The translations under genes were made by a program, and so were the position numbers. From Lama guanicoe (lineage: Eukaryota), in NCBI GenBank assembly GCA_013239625.1, contig MU054187.1:6211757-6275756 (forward strand): DNA of 64,000 bases, written 5' to 3'. The notes below the pieces were generated by a model, which saw nothing but the letters and a program-made list of their open reading frames with translations, did no database searches and had not been told where the DNA came from. Below are positions 1-12,500 of this stretch, in pieces. Position 1 is the first letter of the stretch. Each line of letters starts with the position of its first letter.

Positions 1-854
1 AGTATGCAATGTATTTATGTCAGGTTAGAAGTTCAGTTAGTGGAGATAGCATGTTATAAGGAAGCACACACTTTTAATTATTTTCTAACCACCCTCCCTT
101 CCACCCCCATCCCACTTCTCTGCAATAAACGATAAATAAATAATTTTACAGAGGGCGCCCTCTCTGCCAAGCGTATCTTCTGGTTACTGTTGGCTTTATT
201 TAAAGAGAAACTGCAGCCAGGAGTTATTAGCTTTACATATGAAAACACAGCTTGAAGGTACTTCATCATCAGTGCAATGGGCCCAGGCAGAGGGTATGAT
301 GGAGTTTTGGAAACATCGAGGTAATTAGGCCCTTTTGGAAGGGCAGCATTTTGCTGCCTGGAGGATTCCCAGCAGGATTTTCAGAGATGTGACACATACA
401 AGCCACAAGTCCATCTCTAAAAGCCCTACAGTGTAACTTGTCTCCCCTTGGAGACAAAATTATTGCATCAGTTTCATAAAATAATCTCAGAAGTGTTCCC
501 TTTTTGAATTGAGACAAAAACTTACCTTGTCCTAGGAAACTCTTTTATAAAAAATGAGAGAAAAATTCTTTTTCTGCAGAGGGTTGAGTTCATTGTGTTC
601 CTCATTCAGCAGCATTGGTCTATCAAAGTCTCTCTCTTGTTTCTCTCTTTCTTCTCTTTTACCCCAGTTCCCATCTCTCAGCTCACACCCACCTAGGAGA
701 TGGCTTTCTAGTATGTCTATCACATATAGATGTGTTTACATTTGCTTCTGTTTTTTCAAAATGTGTGTTGTTTTATGTGCGTACACACATAATTATGTAA
801 ATGGTAGTTTGTGTATCTCATTCTACTTTTTAAAAAACTTTTATGAGCTTATCT

Positions 855-1949
855 TATTTTAAACAGCTTTATTGCGATATCATTGGCAGACGTTATACTG
901 AGCATGTTGAGATCAGTGTGGACACCTGTGAAACCATCACCACAATCAAGATAATGACAAATCCATCATCCCCAAAGTTTCCTCTTGTTTCTTTGTAATC
1001 CCTCCCTCCTGCCTGCCCCCCTCCCACCATCCGTGGGCAACCACTGATCTGCTTTCTATCATTATAGGTTAGTTTGCATTTTCTAGAATGTTACATACAT
1101 AGAATTAGATGGTAGGTACTCTTTTTTTTGGTCTGCCTTCTTTTACAAAGCATAATTGTTTTGGAAATTCATTCATGCTGTGTTTATCAATAGTTCATTT
1201 CTTCCTGTGGTAGAGAAAATAGTATTCCATTGTATGGGTATATCAATTTAGGTGCCTTAGTCACCTGCTGATGGGCATTCTAGTGTTTTTTCCAGTTCCT
1301 GGCTGTTATAAAGCTGCTGTGAGTTGTTTTAATAGACATACACTTTTGTTTCTTTTGGATAAATGCTTGGAACATCCAGATTATATGGTAGGTATATGTT
1401 TAACTTCTTATGAAACTGCCAAACATCTTTCCAAAGCAGTTGCAATAGTTTATTTTCCTGCCAGCAGTGTTTGGGTGTTCCAGTTCCTCCACCCACCCAC
1501 CAACACTTGGAATAGATAGAATGGTCCTCTTAATTTTAGGCATTCCAATAGGTATATAGTGGTGTATCTTTATGGCTTTAATTTGCATTTCCCTAATGAC
1601 TAATGAAGTTACAGATCTTTTCATGTGCTTATTTGCCATTTGTAGCTCTCCTTTAGGATGGTGTCTGTTCAGTACTTCTGCCCATTTGTGGAGGAGGGTG
1701 TTTGTTTTCTTATTATTGAATTTTGGAACTTATTTTTATAATCTGGGTACAAGTGCTTTATCAGACCTGTATAATTTGTAAATATATTCTGGTCGATGGC
1801 TTTATTCAGTCTCTTAATAGAGCCTTTGGAAGAGCATAAGTTTTTAGTTTTGATGAAGTTCAATTTGTCAAATTTGTTTTTCTTATGGATCATACTTATG
1901 GGGTTGTACATGGATTCTATATTCAGTTCCATACATCTATTTGTCTATC
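855..1949 (-). mobile_element. Old LINE-1 (L1MC/L1MB-like) 3' UTR plus ORF2 C-terminal remnant
   Basis: Begins with the reverse-complemented L1 3' end (cagctttattg...gtgaaaccatcaccacaatcaagataat). Minus-strand ORFs 1400-1639 (MANKHMKRSVTSLVIREMQIK) and 1669-1932 (KFDKLNFIKTKNLCSSK) resemble L1 ORF2p C-terminal motifs. Confidence 0.9.
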
Positions 1950-2460
1950 TTTTTTTTAATTGAAGTATATTCAATTTACAATGTTGTGGTAGCTTCTGTG
2001 ATTACAGCATAGTGATTCATATATATATATATTCCTTTCATTTTTTTTATTATAGGTTATTACAAGATACTGAATATATTTCCCTGTGCTATACAGTAGG
2101 ACTTTGTTGTTTATCTATTTTATATATAGTGGTTAGTATCTATAAATCTGAACTCCCAGTTTAACCCTCCCAACCCCCTTTCTCCCCAGTAACCATAAGT
2201 TCATAAGTTTGTTTTCTATGTCTGTGAGTCTGTTTTGTAAATAAGTTCCTTTGTGTCATTTTTTTAGATTCCATAAATAGGTGATATAGTGTTTTTCTTT
2301 CTGCTTACTTCACTTAGTGTGACAATCTCCAGTTCCATCCATGTTGCTGCAAATGGTATTATTTTATTCTTTTTGATGGCTGGATAGCATTCCATGGTAT
2401 ATATGTACCACAACTTCTTTATCTAGTCATCTTTAAGTGGACATTTAGGTTGTTTCCATG
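1950..2460 (-). mobile_element. Younger artiodactyl/camelid-type L1, 5'-truncated 3' end
   Basis: poly-T then aattgaagtat...tttacaatgttgtg...gttattacaagata...ttccctgtgctatacagtagg; ends in the ORF2-terminal tract (ttccatccatgttgctgcaaatgg). Confidence 0.88.
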
Positions 2461-2580
2461 TAGTTCGTCACTTTGAGAAGATATCCCTTCATGCCTTCCG
2501 TGGAGCTCTCAAAAACTTTACTGAGATGGCCTTTGTTTTCATGAGATCTATCTGATAACTTTGGCTTACACATAACTTAC

Positions 2581-2662
2581 CAAGATATTTTGGTGTCTGC
2601 TATTTCCTGCTCTCCAAGTTCTGTTATTATGATGCTCTCAGTGTAGTAGGCCAGTGTGATGT
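2581..2662 (-). other. Candidate 82-nt internal exon of an unidentified minus-strand transcript
   Basis: Minus strand reads CACTGAC (branch point) CATCTCTCTTCCCCCAAAG| ...ATCTTG|GTAAGT. One frame is open (ITLAYYTESIIITELGEQEIADTKIS) but I do not recognise it. Confidence 0.4.
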
Positions 2663-4685
2663 CTTTGGGGGAAGAGAGATGGTCAGTGACCCTCTGGCAG
2701 AGAGCACTGAAGCCAGAGGATGAAGAAATATTGCTGCCCAACCCAGCAAAAACACCTAATGTTGTCTACTTATTGAAGTGGGGGGGGAGCATTTTTAAGA
2801 TAATTACCTGCACAGAAATACCAGAAGTTCTGTTGATTTATTTCAGAAGAGAGAGACCACTTCTGGAAGAGTGGTGGCAGTTAAAATAACCACTTTATGA
2901 ACCTTGTGATAATCCACTGTCATTCGTTCTCCAAAACTCATCTGTCCTCAGCATCACCCTGAGGTCTCTTGCCTATAAACACTTCTGGTTCCAACTCCTT
3001 TCCAATGAGCATCCTTGGTCAGGAGCAACAGAAACTGACTCTGGCTGAGTTAGGTGCTTTACGGCCCCCTACATCTTTGGTTAAAGAACGTTATCTCTGC
3101 TGTTCTCCCAGAGATAAAGCATAGTTTCCAATTACTGTTTGCCAGGGGCAATCAGTACGCTTCAAGGACTTCAGTCCAATTCGCTGATCATAGTAGCTTT
3201 TGCTCCATTTCCTAAGTGAGGATTCCACGAATTGTTGAGATGACAACCGTAGTACCTGGGGGAAGGGTTTAAGATTTTACTGAATCTCCCGGGAGAGGAC
3301 TTTGGTCAAAATGCTATTTCTTACCTCACTGCCTGAAAGCTCCCTCTCTGACTAGAGGACAGTGTTCCAGATCTCCGGGCGTGAGTGTTTTCATACTGTT
3401 GTTTGGCAGCCTATGCAAAATGGCAACCCTAGTGCCATACAAAACCATTTGCTCTCACTTCAGCCATGCATTTTTTGATGCTCTGATGAAGGGAGTGTTT
3501 TCTTGGGGCCTTCTTGGAGACATGGTAAGTTTGAGGGACTGTATTTCACTTTATTCCCTTATGATAAATCTGCTTGGCAGCAGTCATCCCTCTCTCAACG
3601 CGAAGTCTTTGGACTGATTCCTTCATCCACATTTTATCAAGTAGTTTTGGGCATCTCAAGCTCACTCGGCAGGGACCGTCAATAAGCACAGACTTCAGTT
3701 GGTGAAACAAATAAATAACTGAAATGGTTCCCAGCTGCCTGAGCTAACTCGATGCACCCAGACTCTCTGGAAAATACACCCGTGTCAATTACATTCAGTT
3801 CAGTCTACGAATGTGTACTTCCCTCCTTAGCGTGGCTCTTCAGACTACACCCCCACATGTATTTGCCAGATTGCGCTAAAATAAATCACTTATTTTGTAT
3901 GTAAAGTCTTTTCTGCTCAGGTTTGGGATTACACTCGACCTTTCAGAACACCCTGGGACCTGACTTTAGTCATGGAGCCGACTAGAAGCCCAAGAGTTCT
4001 GCAGGCATGGGGCACGAGGACAGTCCTTGCTCCAGTGCAGTCATGGGGGGGTCATCCACAAGGCAGCTGTGGCTTTGTCGGAGAAGGAAGGATGGACTGT
4101 CACAGCCTTCGTGGAAGGTGCAGGGGGAACCAGAAGATCTAGCACTCAGAGCCTCTTGGATCCTCCCTAGACCCTTTTCCACTCCTAGGCTTTTATTCTT
4201 TCCTAATCAGTGCCCTAAAATTTGCATAAAAGACCTACTAAGGCTGTGAATTCAATTGGCAATGTAGTTCATTGGCCTCATGATCCAACTTCGAGTCTGG
4301 CTGTTGGCTTCCTCAGAGTTACCTGCAAGAAATAAGAGTTTATCTTAACTGTCACACAAGTCCCATGTTTTCTGACTATGCTTTGGCCAAGAATTACCAT
4401 ATTTGAGCCCCACCCTTAGATTTTTGATTCCTTGTGACCTTCATACTGTTGTTTGGCGGCAGTCACACGTGCCCCTGAAGCCTGCCCTGAATGGGCGCTT
4501 TATTCAGAGGACTACAGGTCATGGTGAAGCACTTTGCCACTGGGCCTGACAGTCACATTTTACCGGCACTTTTTTCCTGCTATCTGCCGCAGCTAGACCT
4601 GATAACCAATCCCAGATTTCCCTCATTACCTCGAGGTCTGTTTCCTATAACCACTTCTGTTTCCAATTTCTCCATCTGTGAGCAT

Positions 4686-4960
4686 TCTTAGTTATAAGCA
4701 GCAGAACCTTGCTGTGGTTGATTTAAGCAGAAAAGAAACTCAATAAAAAAAGATGTTGGGAACCTCAGAGAATCTAGGAGGGTGAGAGAAGAAGGAATAA
4801 GACCCCCAGATCACATTGCAGAATCTATTCAAGGAAGACCCCTGGTTATCGTCTCCTGGTTATCTGTGCAGCTCCCACCCCGACACCCCTGGCTGCAGTC
4901 ATGAGTCAGAAGCATCGGCACTATTGAATCTGCTTTCTCAGGAACTTCACTTGCTCCAGT
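4686..4960 (-). mobile_element. MaLR LTR fragment (MLT1K/L-like)
   Basis: tcttagttataagcagcagaacc...gatttaagcagaaaagaaac...ttgggaacctcagagaatc resembles the reverse-complemented end of old MLT1 LTRs. Confidence 0.55.
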
Positions 4961-5009
4961 GATCCCTGAGCCAGACAGCACTTCTGTACCTCCCGACATG
5001 AGGTGCCAT

Positions 5010-5470
5010 GGAGGATATGTTACCTCTGAAGATTCCTTCCCAGCGATGCAGGACCTCAGTCTAATCATGAGGAAACAGCAGGCAAAGCCAACTGGAGGAC
5101 CATTCTACAAAACAAGCGACCAGCACTCTTCAGCAGCGTCAAGATTGTGAAAGACCAGGAGAGACTCAGGAACCGTCACTGATTGGAGGAGACAAGGAGA
5201 TATGATAGCTAAAGGCAATGTGGGTTACTGGGTTGGGTCCCTGAACAGAAAAAGGACACTAGTGAAAAAACCGTGAAATCCAAGTGAAGTCTGCAGTTTA
5301 GCTAATAGAATTATACTAACGTTAATTTCTCAGTTTTGATCACTGTATGATGGTTATGTAAGGAGTTGACATGGGGGGAGAGAGCTGTATGGGGAACGTA
5401 TGGGAACTCTCTCTTATTTTGGCAGATCTTCAATATGTCTAAAATCATCTCAACATCAGAAGTTAAAACT
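5010..5470 (+). mobile_element. L1MC4-like 3' end
   Basis: cctcagtctaatcatgaggaaaca...cattctacaaaac...gaacagaaaaaggacactagtg...gttaatttctcagttttgatcactgt...gggaactctct...tctaaaat is typical of L1MC 3' UTRs. Confidence 0.8.
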
Positions 5471-5881
5471 CACGAACAAACAAGCAATATTATGGCCTAT
5501 AATCAATGGTACATTTGAATGGAGGGGAAAATGCTCTGTTTTCTCGTCTTGAACTGCTGTTTCCCTGAGTTACTACATCAGGGTTACTAGATACCAGGTA
5601 TCAGCAGAGAAAGGAGGAAGTTGGCCGGGGTGGGAGGAAGAGAGAGAAACGGGCAAAGAGTGGGTGGGGAAACCCCATGACAAACTCCTGGGGAAGGTAT
5701 TTTTAAGCAGGCATTTGATGTGCCTTAAATTCTGCCCCAAAATGATTTGCTTATGGGACTGGCCTTGGAGATCATGATTTATCCATCTGGGATTAGGAGG
5801 AAGAACACCCTAATAATCATAATAGGCAGTCTTGGTCATCTGAGCTAGTCTCTTATTTAGAAACAATTTTCCTTCTAATTA

Positions 5882-6061
5882 CAGTGCTGTCCAATAGGAA
5901 CTTCTGTGATGATGGGAATGTTCTATATCTATGCTGTTCTATGCTGTTGCCACTAGCCACATGTGGCCATGTTGCACTTGAAAAGTGGCTCGTGTGGTGG
6001 AAGAACATGTTTGGATGTAGACAGCCATGGTGGCTAATGGCTGCCATGTTGGGTGGTGCAG
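5882..6061. mobile_element. MER3-like hAT-Charlie MITE
   Basis: cagtgctgtccaataggaacttctgtgatgatgggaatgttctatatct...gccactagccacatgtggc. Flanked by degenerate 8-bp TSD ttctaatt/ctctaata. Confidence 0.85.
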
Positions 6062-7604
6062 CTCTAATAACTAACCAACTTAAGTGTTGTTTTCCTGTTG
6101 ATCATGATATGACTCAATACAAAGAGATATAATTTTTAAAATGTGTATATATATGTGTAATCAACTACCCAAACCCCAAAGACGTATTGAAATAAGGACT
6201 GGCTGAATGCATAGTTTAACAATTGGTAAATAAGTAAATTGGTAAATCATGGAATTTCATAGCTGGATGAGACCTTAGTCTGTTGCAACCTCCTCATCTT
6301 GTGGACAAAGCAGGAGACCACTGGGAATATGTGCTTTTCCGAGGATCAAGGGTGAGATAAAGACAAAGGCAGGACTAGAACCAGGTCTCCCCAGCGTCAT
6401 TCCAGGGCTGTGAACACTTGCATGTTGCCTCACACACCTAGAACTAAAGATGACATTTGCAACGTCATTCACACGAAACCCGTGAACATGCCACTGAGCA
6501 GTAGGTGCCCCGACTCTGCGACCCCCTTCCCACCTCCCTTCTCCCCAGCCCCCACTGCTGAGCCTTATCAAGATAGCCCACATGTGACGTGTGAAGAACA
6601 CTTTTAACAAAAAGTGGCAAAGCTGCTGCCTAGCCACATGGTCTGTCTTCTGGTCCCAGGGGAGGAGAAGAACGAAATAATAAATCCTCTAGAGGATACA
6701 GACTCAAGGACACTAGAGAGCTTTCTCATAAATTGCCTCTCAAATTACAATTTGAATATATACACGATGGAGAACTCTAAATAAGATGAGGGAGAGCCTA
6801 ATTCATTTCATAAACATCGCTTTAAATCTCTTCGTGTACCTGAGCCATGAAATTAATTATGATGGTGATGAAATGGAAAAAAAAAGTTGTTTAAAACTAT
6901 GATGAATATTACCAGAGCTATTTTCTTAGCCAGTTTACTTTCCAAAGAAGAGTAGAGAATTCCATGAATCTAGAGTCTTAAGAAAAGGAAGAAGATGGCA
7001 AACCACAATAAATTGGGGAATTCAGCAGAAAATGTATGTGAGTCTCATCATCGAGGATGTCTCTGTTCTTCTAAAACGACCAACACAGTGTAAGTCTGCT
7101 AGTGGGGTAAACGTTGGGAAAACCCATCCTCAAATGGAAGTTTGAAGTTGCAAAGATAAGTGATGACTTCTCAACAGGTTTGTGTGTGATGGAGCCTGGT
7201 ACAGAGATATTCCAGTTTTTTTTCTCGTGTGAATTTGGGGTCCTTGGAATGGTGTTTCTTACAACTTTTCTCCTGAGAGGCAAAGACCAAAACTTGCATT
7301 TTATGCCACTTCACTTGAGTAAGAGCCCACTTTGGTGAAGTTCCAAATTCACTTACCGACGTTGAATGTTTCTTTCTTCGTTTGCTCAAGGTCTTTTCTA
7401 AGTGGGACCTAAAGCCTATGGCCACTGACGAATCTCGTATGTGAATTAATTTCTGCTGACTGTAAACATGCGTGAGATCACAGTGACATCCCAAGCATCC
7501 TCTACAGCCTCAGGATGCCCAGAGGAGGACGGTGATTTGTCAATAATCTATACGCACATCAGTGATCACAGGCACTGCATAAATAATTAAAGATGGGGGA
7601 GAAG

Positions 7605-7820
7605 CAACTGATATTTACCGAACATGTTCTATGTGCTGGGCATTTTTCATCCATTATCTCTTACAGTCCTTTGAGATGGGTAGTATTACTATCACCTTCA
7701 CTGATGACGAAACTGAGGCAAAAAGAACTGAAGCAACTTGCCCCAGGGCAGCAAACAACCAAGTGACAGTCAGCATTTGAATTCAGATTTCTGTGACTCA
7801 GACCCTAAACTTCTAACCCT
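7605..7820 (-). mobile_element. MIR SINE
   Basis: Reverse MIR core: ctgatgacgaaactgaggca...aagcaacttgccccaggg...atttgaattcag. Confidence 0.85.
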
Positions 7821-8415
7821 TCTATTAGTCTGCTATCTTTTGATGGAAAGAGTAGACAGGGACCAGAACCAATGGTTAATAGGGCCCCATGCCTTGTGGC
7901 AGATTATTTCTGGTCTTGGCTCCACTCCGGCCCCATCCCCTAACTCTCCAGGGAGCAGGTGTAGCTGCGGAAAGTTGACAGGACTATTTGCCTTCAGTGA
8001 CTTTCCCTCCTTACCCCACGCTCCTTCCTTCCACCCCCATCCCCATCCCCTGCCTCTACTCTCTGGTCTCAGTTTTTCTAGGTCCTCTGGCGTCCTCTCA
8101 AATCATATCAAGTCTCCATCATGTCTGGGTTCAGTGTGTAAAGGGAATGCTAACTGAACCGTTTCTCCTTTAAGGTTATCGTAGGCCCTCTGAGGACACC
8201 ACACCTTGACTTCCTGTGTGTCTTGGTGGTGGGCGTTGTTGCTACACTGTCGTTCCCCCCCACCCCGTGCAGGGCTCCCACAAAAGCGCTTCCTCGGTGA
8301 GGTCAGTAGCGGTCAGGGAGGAAACGCTGCTCTTAGTATCCACCATTACAGTGCTCTTGGGAAAGCTAAACCCTCGTGTTGCTGAACTCTTACCCTTTGA
8401 AGTATCTTGGAACTA

Positions 8416-9567
8416 TTTTATTTTTTTCCAGTTTTACTGAGATATAATGGACACATGGTACTGTGTAGGTATAAGGTGTACAGCATAAGGATTTGACTTA
8501 CACACGTCATGAAAAGATCACAATAGGTTTGGCGAACATCCACCATCTCAGAGATACAACAGGAAAGAAATAGGAACAATGTGTATTTTTTCCTTGTGAT
8601 GAGAACTCTTAGGATTTACTCTCTTAACAACTTTCATATATAACATACAGCAGGGTTAATTATATTAATCATGTTGCCCATTACACCCCTAGAACTTAAG
8701 TATCTTATAATTGGAAGTTTGGATCTGTGACTGCCTTCGTCCAGTTTCCCCCTTGCCTCCACCTCTGGTAACCACAGATCTGATCACTTTTCCTATGAAT
8801 TTGTTTGTTCTCGAGGTACAACTGACCTCCAACACTATGTTAGTTCCTGTTACACAGCATGGTGATTTGCTATTTCTATACATCTCAAACTGACCATCCC
8901 AATAAGTCTCGTGACCTTGTCACCACTCAGAGACAGTACGTAACTGCTGACTGTATTCCCCACACTGTACATTTCATCCCTGCAACTCATTTATTTCGTA
9001 ACTGAAAGTTTGTACCTCTTCATCTCTCTCACCTATTTCTCTCCTCCCTCTACCGCCCCCCCCAAACTCTGGCAAACACCTGTTTGTTCCCTGCATCTCA
9101 AATTCTGTTTCTGTTTAGTTATGTTTGTTTGTTTGTTTTTTAAGATTCCACATATAAGTGAAATCATACAGTATTTGTCTTTCTCTATCTGACTTACTTC
9201 ACTTAGCATGATACTCTCCAGGTCCATCCATGTTGTCACAAATGGCAAGATTTCATTCTTTTTTATGGCTGAATAATATTATATATATATATATTTATAT
9301 ATCTATATATAAATATACACACACACACACACATACATACACGTACACACACGTACCTGTATGTATATCACGTCATCTATCAATGGGCACTAAGTTTGCT
9401 TCCATATCTTGGCTGTTGTAAATAATGCTGCAGTGAACATAGGGGTTCAGATATCTTTTCAAATTAATGTTTTCCTTTTCTTCAGATAAATACCCAGGAG
9501 TGGAATTACTGGATTGTATGGTAGTTCTGTTTTTAATGTTTTGAGCAATCTGCATAGTGTTTCCCAA
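8416..9567 (-). mobile_element. Laurasiatherian L1 (L1MA9-like) 3' UTR plus ORF2 end, with internal (TA)n(CA)n microsatellite at ~9277-9370
   Basis: ORF 9033-9248 MPFVTTWMDLESIMLSEVSQIEKDKYCMISLICGI matches the conserved L1 3'-terminal reading frame; T-rich tail at 8416-8428. Confidence 0.92.
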
Positions 9568-12500
9568 GGGCTACTTTAGAATTATCACAAAGTTTACTTT
9601 CTGAAACTACCCCCTTTAGCTTTTGTCACATGCTGGAGAAAAGACAGTCCAAATGTCGAAGTATTTTCTGAACAGACTGACTGGGCAGCTGATATTTGGG
9701 TGCTGATCTGCATAATATGAGATTTGATGGTGGTATCTTCACTGGAACAGATGATAATATCACAGCATAATTCCCACATGTGAATTTGCCTTAGTGAGTT
9801 TGGCAAGAAAGGTCAAAAAGGGAAAAAAAAGTGGTGGCAGGCAGATTAAGCATGTCACAGTGCAGGCAGCGTTGTCTGTGTGCTCACTCAACAAGCTGCA
9901 CCTCTCAGAGGCTGAGACAGGTGTCAGATGTCTGTCCTTCTCTCAGGGGGTCTCAGCTGCCATGTGCCTTTGTGGCCCAATCTCTGTCACTCTGGCATTT
10001 AAAGAGATGGATTCTCCACAAATGCCCACACGGAAACCCTGAGCAAGCAGTGACCGGTCCAGAAGTGAGGAGAATCCGGACGTATTGGACCTTGGAGAAA
10101 TGCTCCCCAATGTGGCGGCTTCTTAAAGGATTTTCAAGGATCCTTTTGCAAATGTTTGACTTTGCCCTGAGAGTCACAGGCGGGACTCCACCAGATGATG
10201 AGGGGTGTGTCCTGATAATAATAACTATCACCTGTTAAGAAGCTGCTGCATTCCAAGCTTCCTTCCTTCAGCAAGTATGGTGTTAGGTTTGTACAGTATA
10301 TGCTAGAAAGAATGAGGGCTGGTCCTTCCAAGCTGAACCCAGCTACACCATTGTCCTCCGAGGAAAGTGCCGGGTCATGCACACCCCACAGGCCCCCACC
10401 ACGGTGCCTCCTTCTGCATCAGAGACGCCTAGAGGGAGGCCCTTCCCTTGTGACTCAGCCTTTCCCCTCTCCCCTTGCTCTGCTTCTCTCCGGGCTGACT
10501 TCACTTTGGGGCTGCCGGCAGTGTTAGCTTCACGGCTGCAGCCAGAAGGACTTCTCTTTGCAGTTACGGTAACAGTTCTGGAAGCCAGTTCCATTGGCTT
10601 CACTGACCTGGTTTGGGTCCCAGGCCCATCTCTGTGCTGGTCTCTGCAGCCAGGTGGATATGATGCTCTGATGGGCCAGTCCTGGAGCTGGGAGCAGAGC
10701 TGGGGTCAGTCTACTCCCTAAAAGGAAAGCCACGGAATTTGGTGTAGGGGGAAGAGCGGGCGGGGAGGGCAGCTCCAAGGATAGTTCCCCGCTGCTGCTG
10801 CCTGAAGAAAGGACAAGGGATGCTCACCGGCAGACACAGCCCGAGCCAGCCTCTCAGAGCCTCGAGTCATTACGTCTGCTCTCCCTCCTCCTCCCTGCTC
10901 CCTCCAGACTCTGGTAACTCAAGGCTTTGTCTGCCTCCCAACTTCCACACCTTCGTGCCCCCTGCTTGCCTTCTTCTCTGATTCTCTTTCCACCTGTGCT
11001 CACTCCACTGTTGTCATATCTTTTTTAACATCTCACACTGCAGTGCCCTGAAAGTTATCTGCTTGGGTTTGTTAGCATCTAGCACAAAGCGTCCGGCAGG
11101 ACACCTCATAGCCACCAACCAGCCTACAGATTGTCTCCTTCAGGTCAGACCCCTTTCCCTGGGATAATCAACCAGAAGAAGAGAGCTGTGCTGTGTACAG
11201 ATCAAGGGGGCTGTGTGGAAGGTACAATCAGTGTCTGCTTTGCTCAGAGAGCGCAGCAACCAGAGCTTCATGGCCTCAGGAGTACATTCAATATTTTTCA
11301 AAAGGATCAGTCCCCATTATTTCTAGTATATGCCATATAAACCTAAAACAGCACTGGCTGAAAGAAAGATCTTTGTAGAGACAGTTTTGTGTGTGTGTGT
11401 TTTTTTTTTTTTGAAACTCTAGGTGATACCACTGTTGGGTATATGACTAGATGGAAACTGGAAACCTACCATCTCAATGACTAAAGGAAAATGGGTTTGA
11501 GAAGAAAAGGTGAAAGGGGTTGAGAGAGGCTACAAGGTGACCACGTGATGTTTTTAGGAAAATAGAGGTTAGAAAGACATTGCTCAGCTATTCCACACGC
11601 ACACGGAGTGCAGAGCCTGGCGGGTGGGTTTCCAGAGCAGTAGGAAACAGCCTTGTTAAACCACAGACGGCAGTCCTGAGAGAAGCCTCTAAAAGCTTCT
11701 AAGAGCATGTTCTTAGATGAATTGATGGAGTCAGGGAGTTTAAAATTTAGAGTTTTGTCATTTGAGTTCTAAAATAAAATAGAAATAGGAAGCCCAATAC
11801 TTCTTTGATTTTATTTTAGTAAAAGAGACTTCGTTGAATCTAGCATTCTGTCTCCCTCCCACCCCACTGTGATTACTAGTGGGCCAGAGGGGGGTGGGGG
11901 GCACAAACACAGAATTTAAGGAGGCCCTCCCTCTCCTGCTCAGGTGCCAGCCCTGCATTTGCCTGACAGGGAGTGCCTCCTTAAATGTTGTGTCCTGGGC
12001 TCCTGCCTCTCTTGCCGAAGGAGTGCTGGCCTTCTTCTGGAAGTATGGTGGTTTCATTTTCCTGAAAGCAAAACTTATTGGCAGTTTAGATAAGATCAGT
12101 CACTTTATCCTGCTCTTTCTGACCCAGGTTAGTGGACTCTAAAAATGAAAAATTCTGTTTCTAATTGTATGAGAAAGAGAAGGTAAAAATGCAGATTTTC
12201 CTCCATAAAAAAAAAAAATCTTGATTTCACGTTAGCTCGTTTTCTTAAAAAATCCCTGCGGACCATCAAAACACCTCCTCTCCTGGCTGGATCCGTCCCC
12301 AGGGCTGCCAGGTGGCCGCTCGGAGCATTTTCACATCGGCAATCTGTTTCCTGTAGTCCAAGCACTTCTCCAGACATCTCATGTTCACCTGTCTTATTAA
12401 TAATTGGCTGCAACCTTTTCAATTTTCCCCTCTAATAGGCTCGCAGAGTTGTGTTACTTATCACTTTATGAGCTCAATTCTTCTAGATTTTTACATTATT

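Noticed and set aside
150..163. 14-bp perfect palindrome agagggcgccctct with a partial CTCF look
   Set aside because: A few palindromes this long are expected by chance in 64 kb, and the 5' half of the CTCF motif matches poorly.
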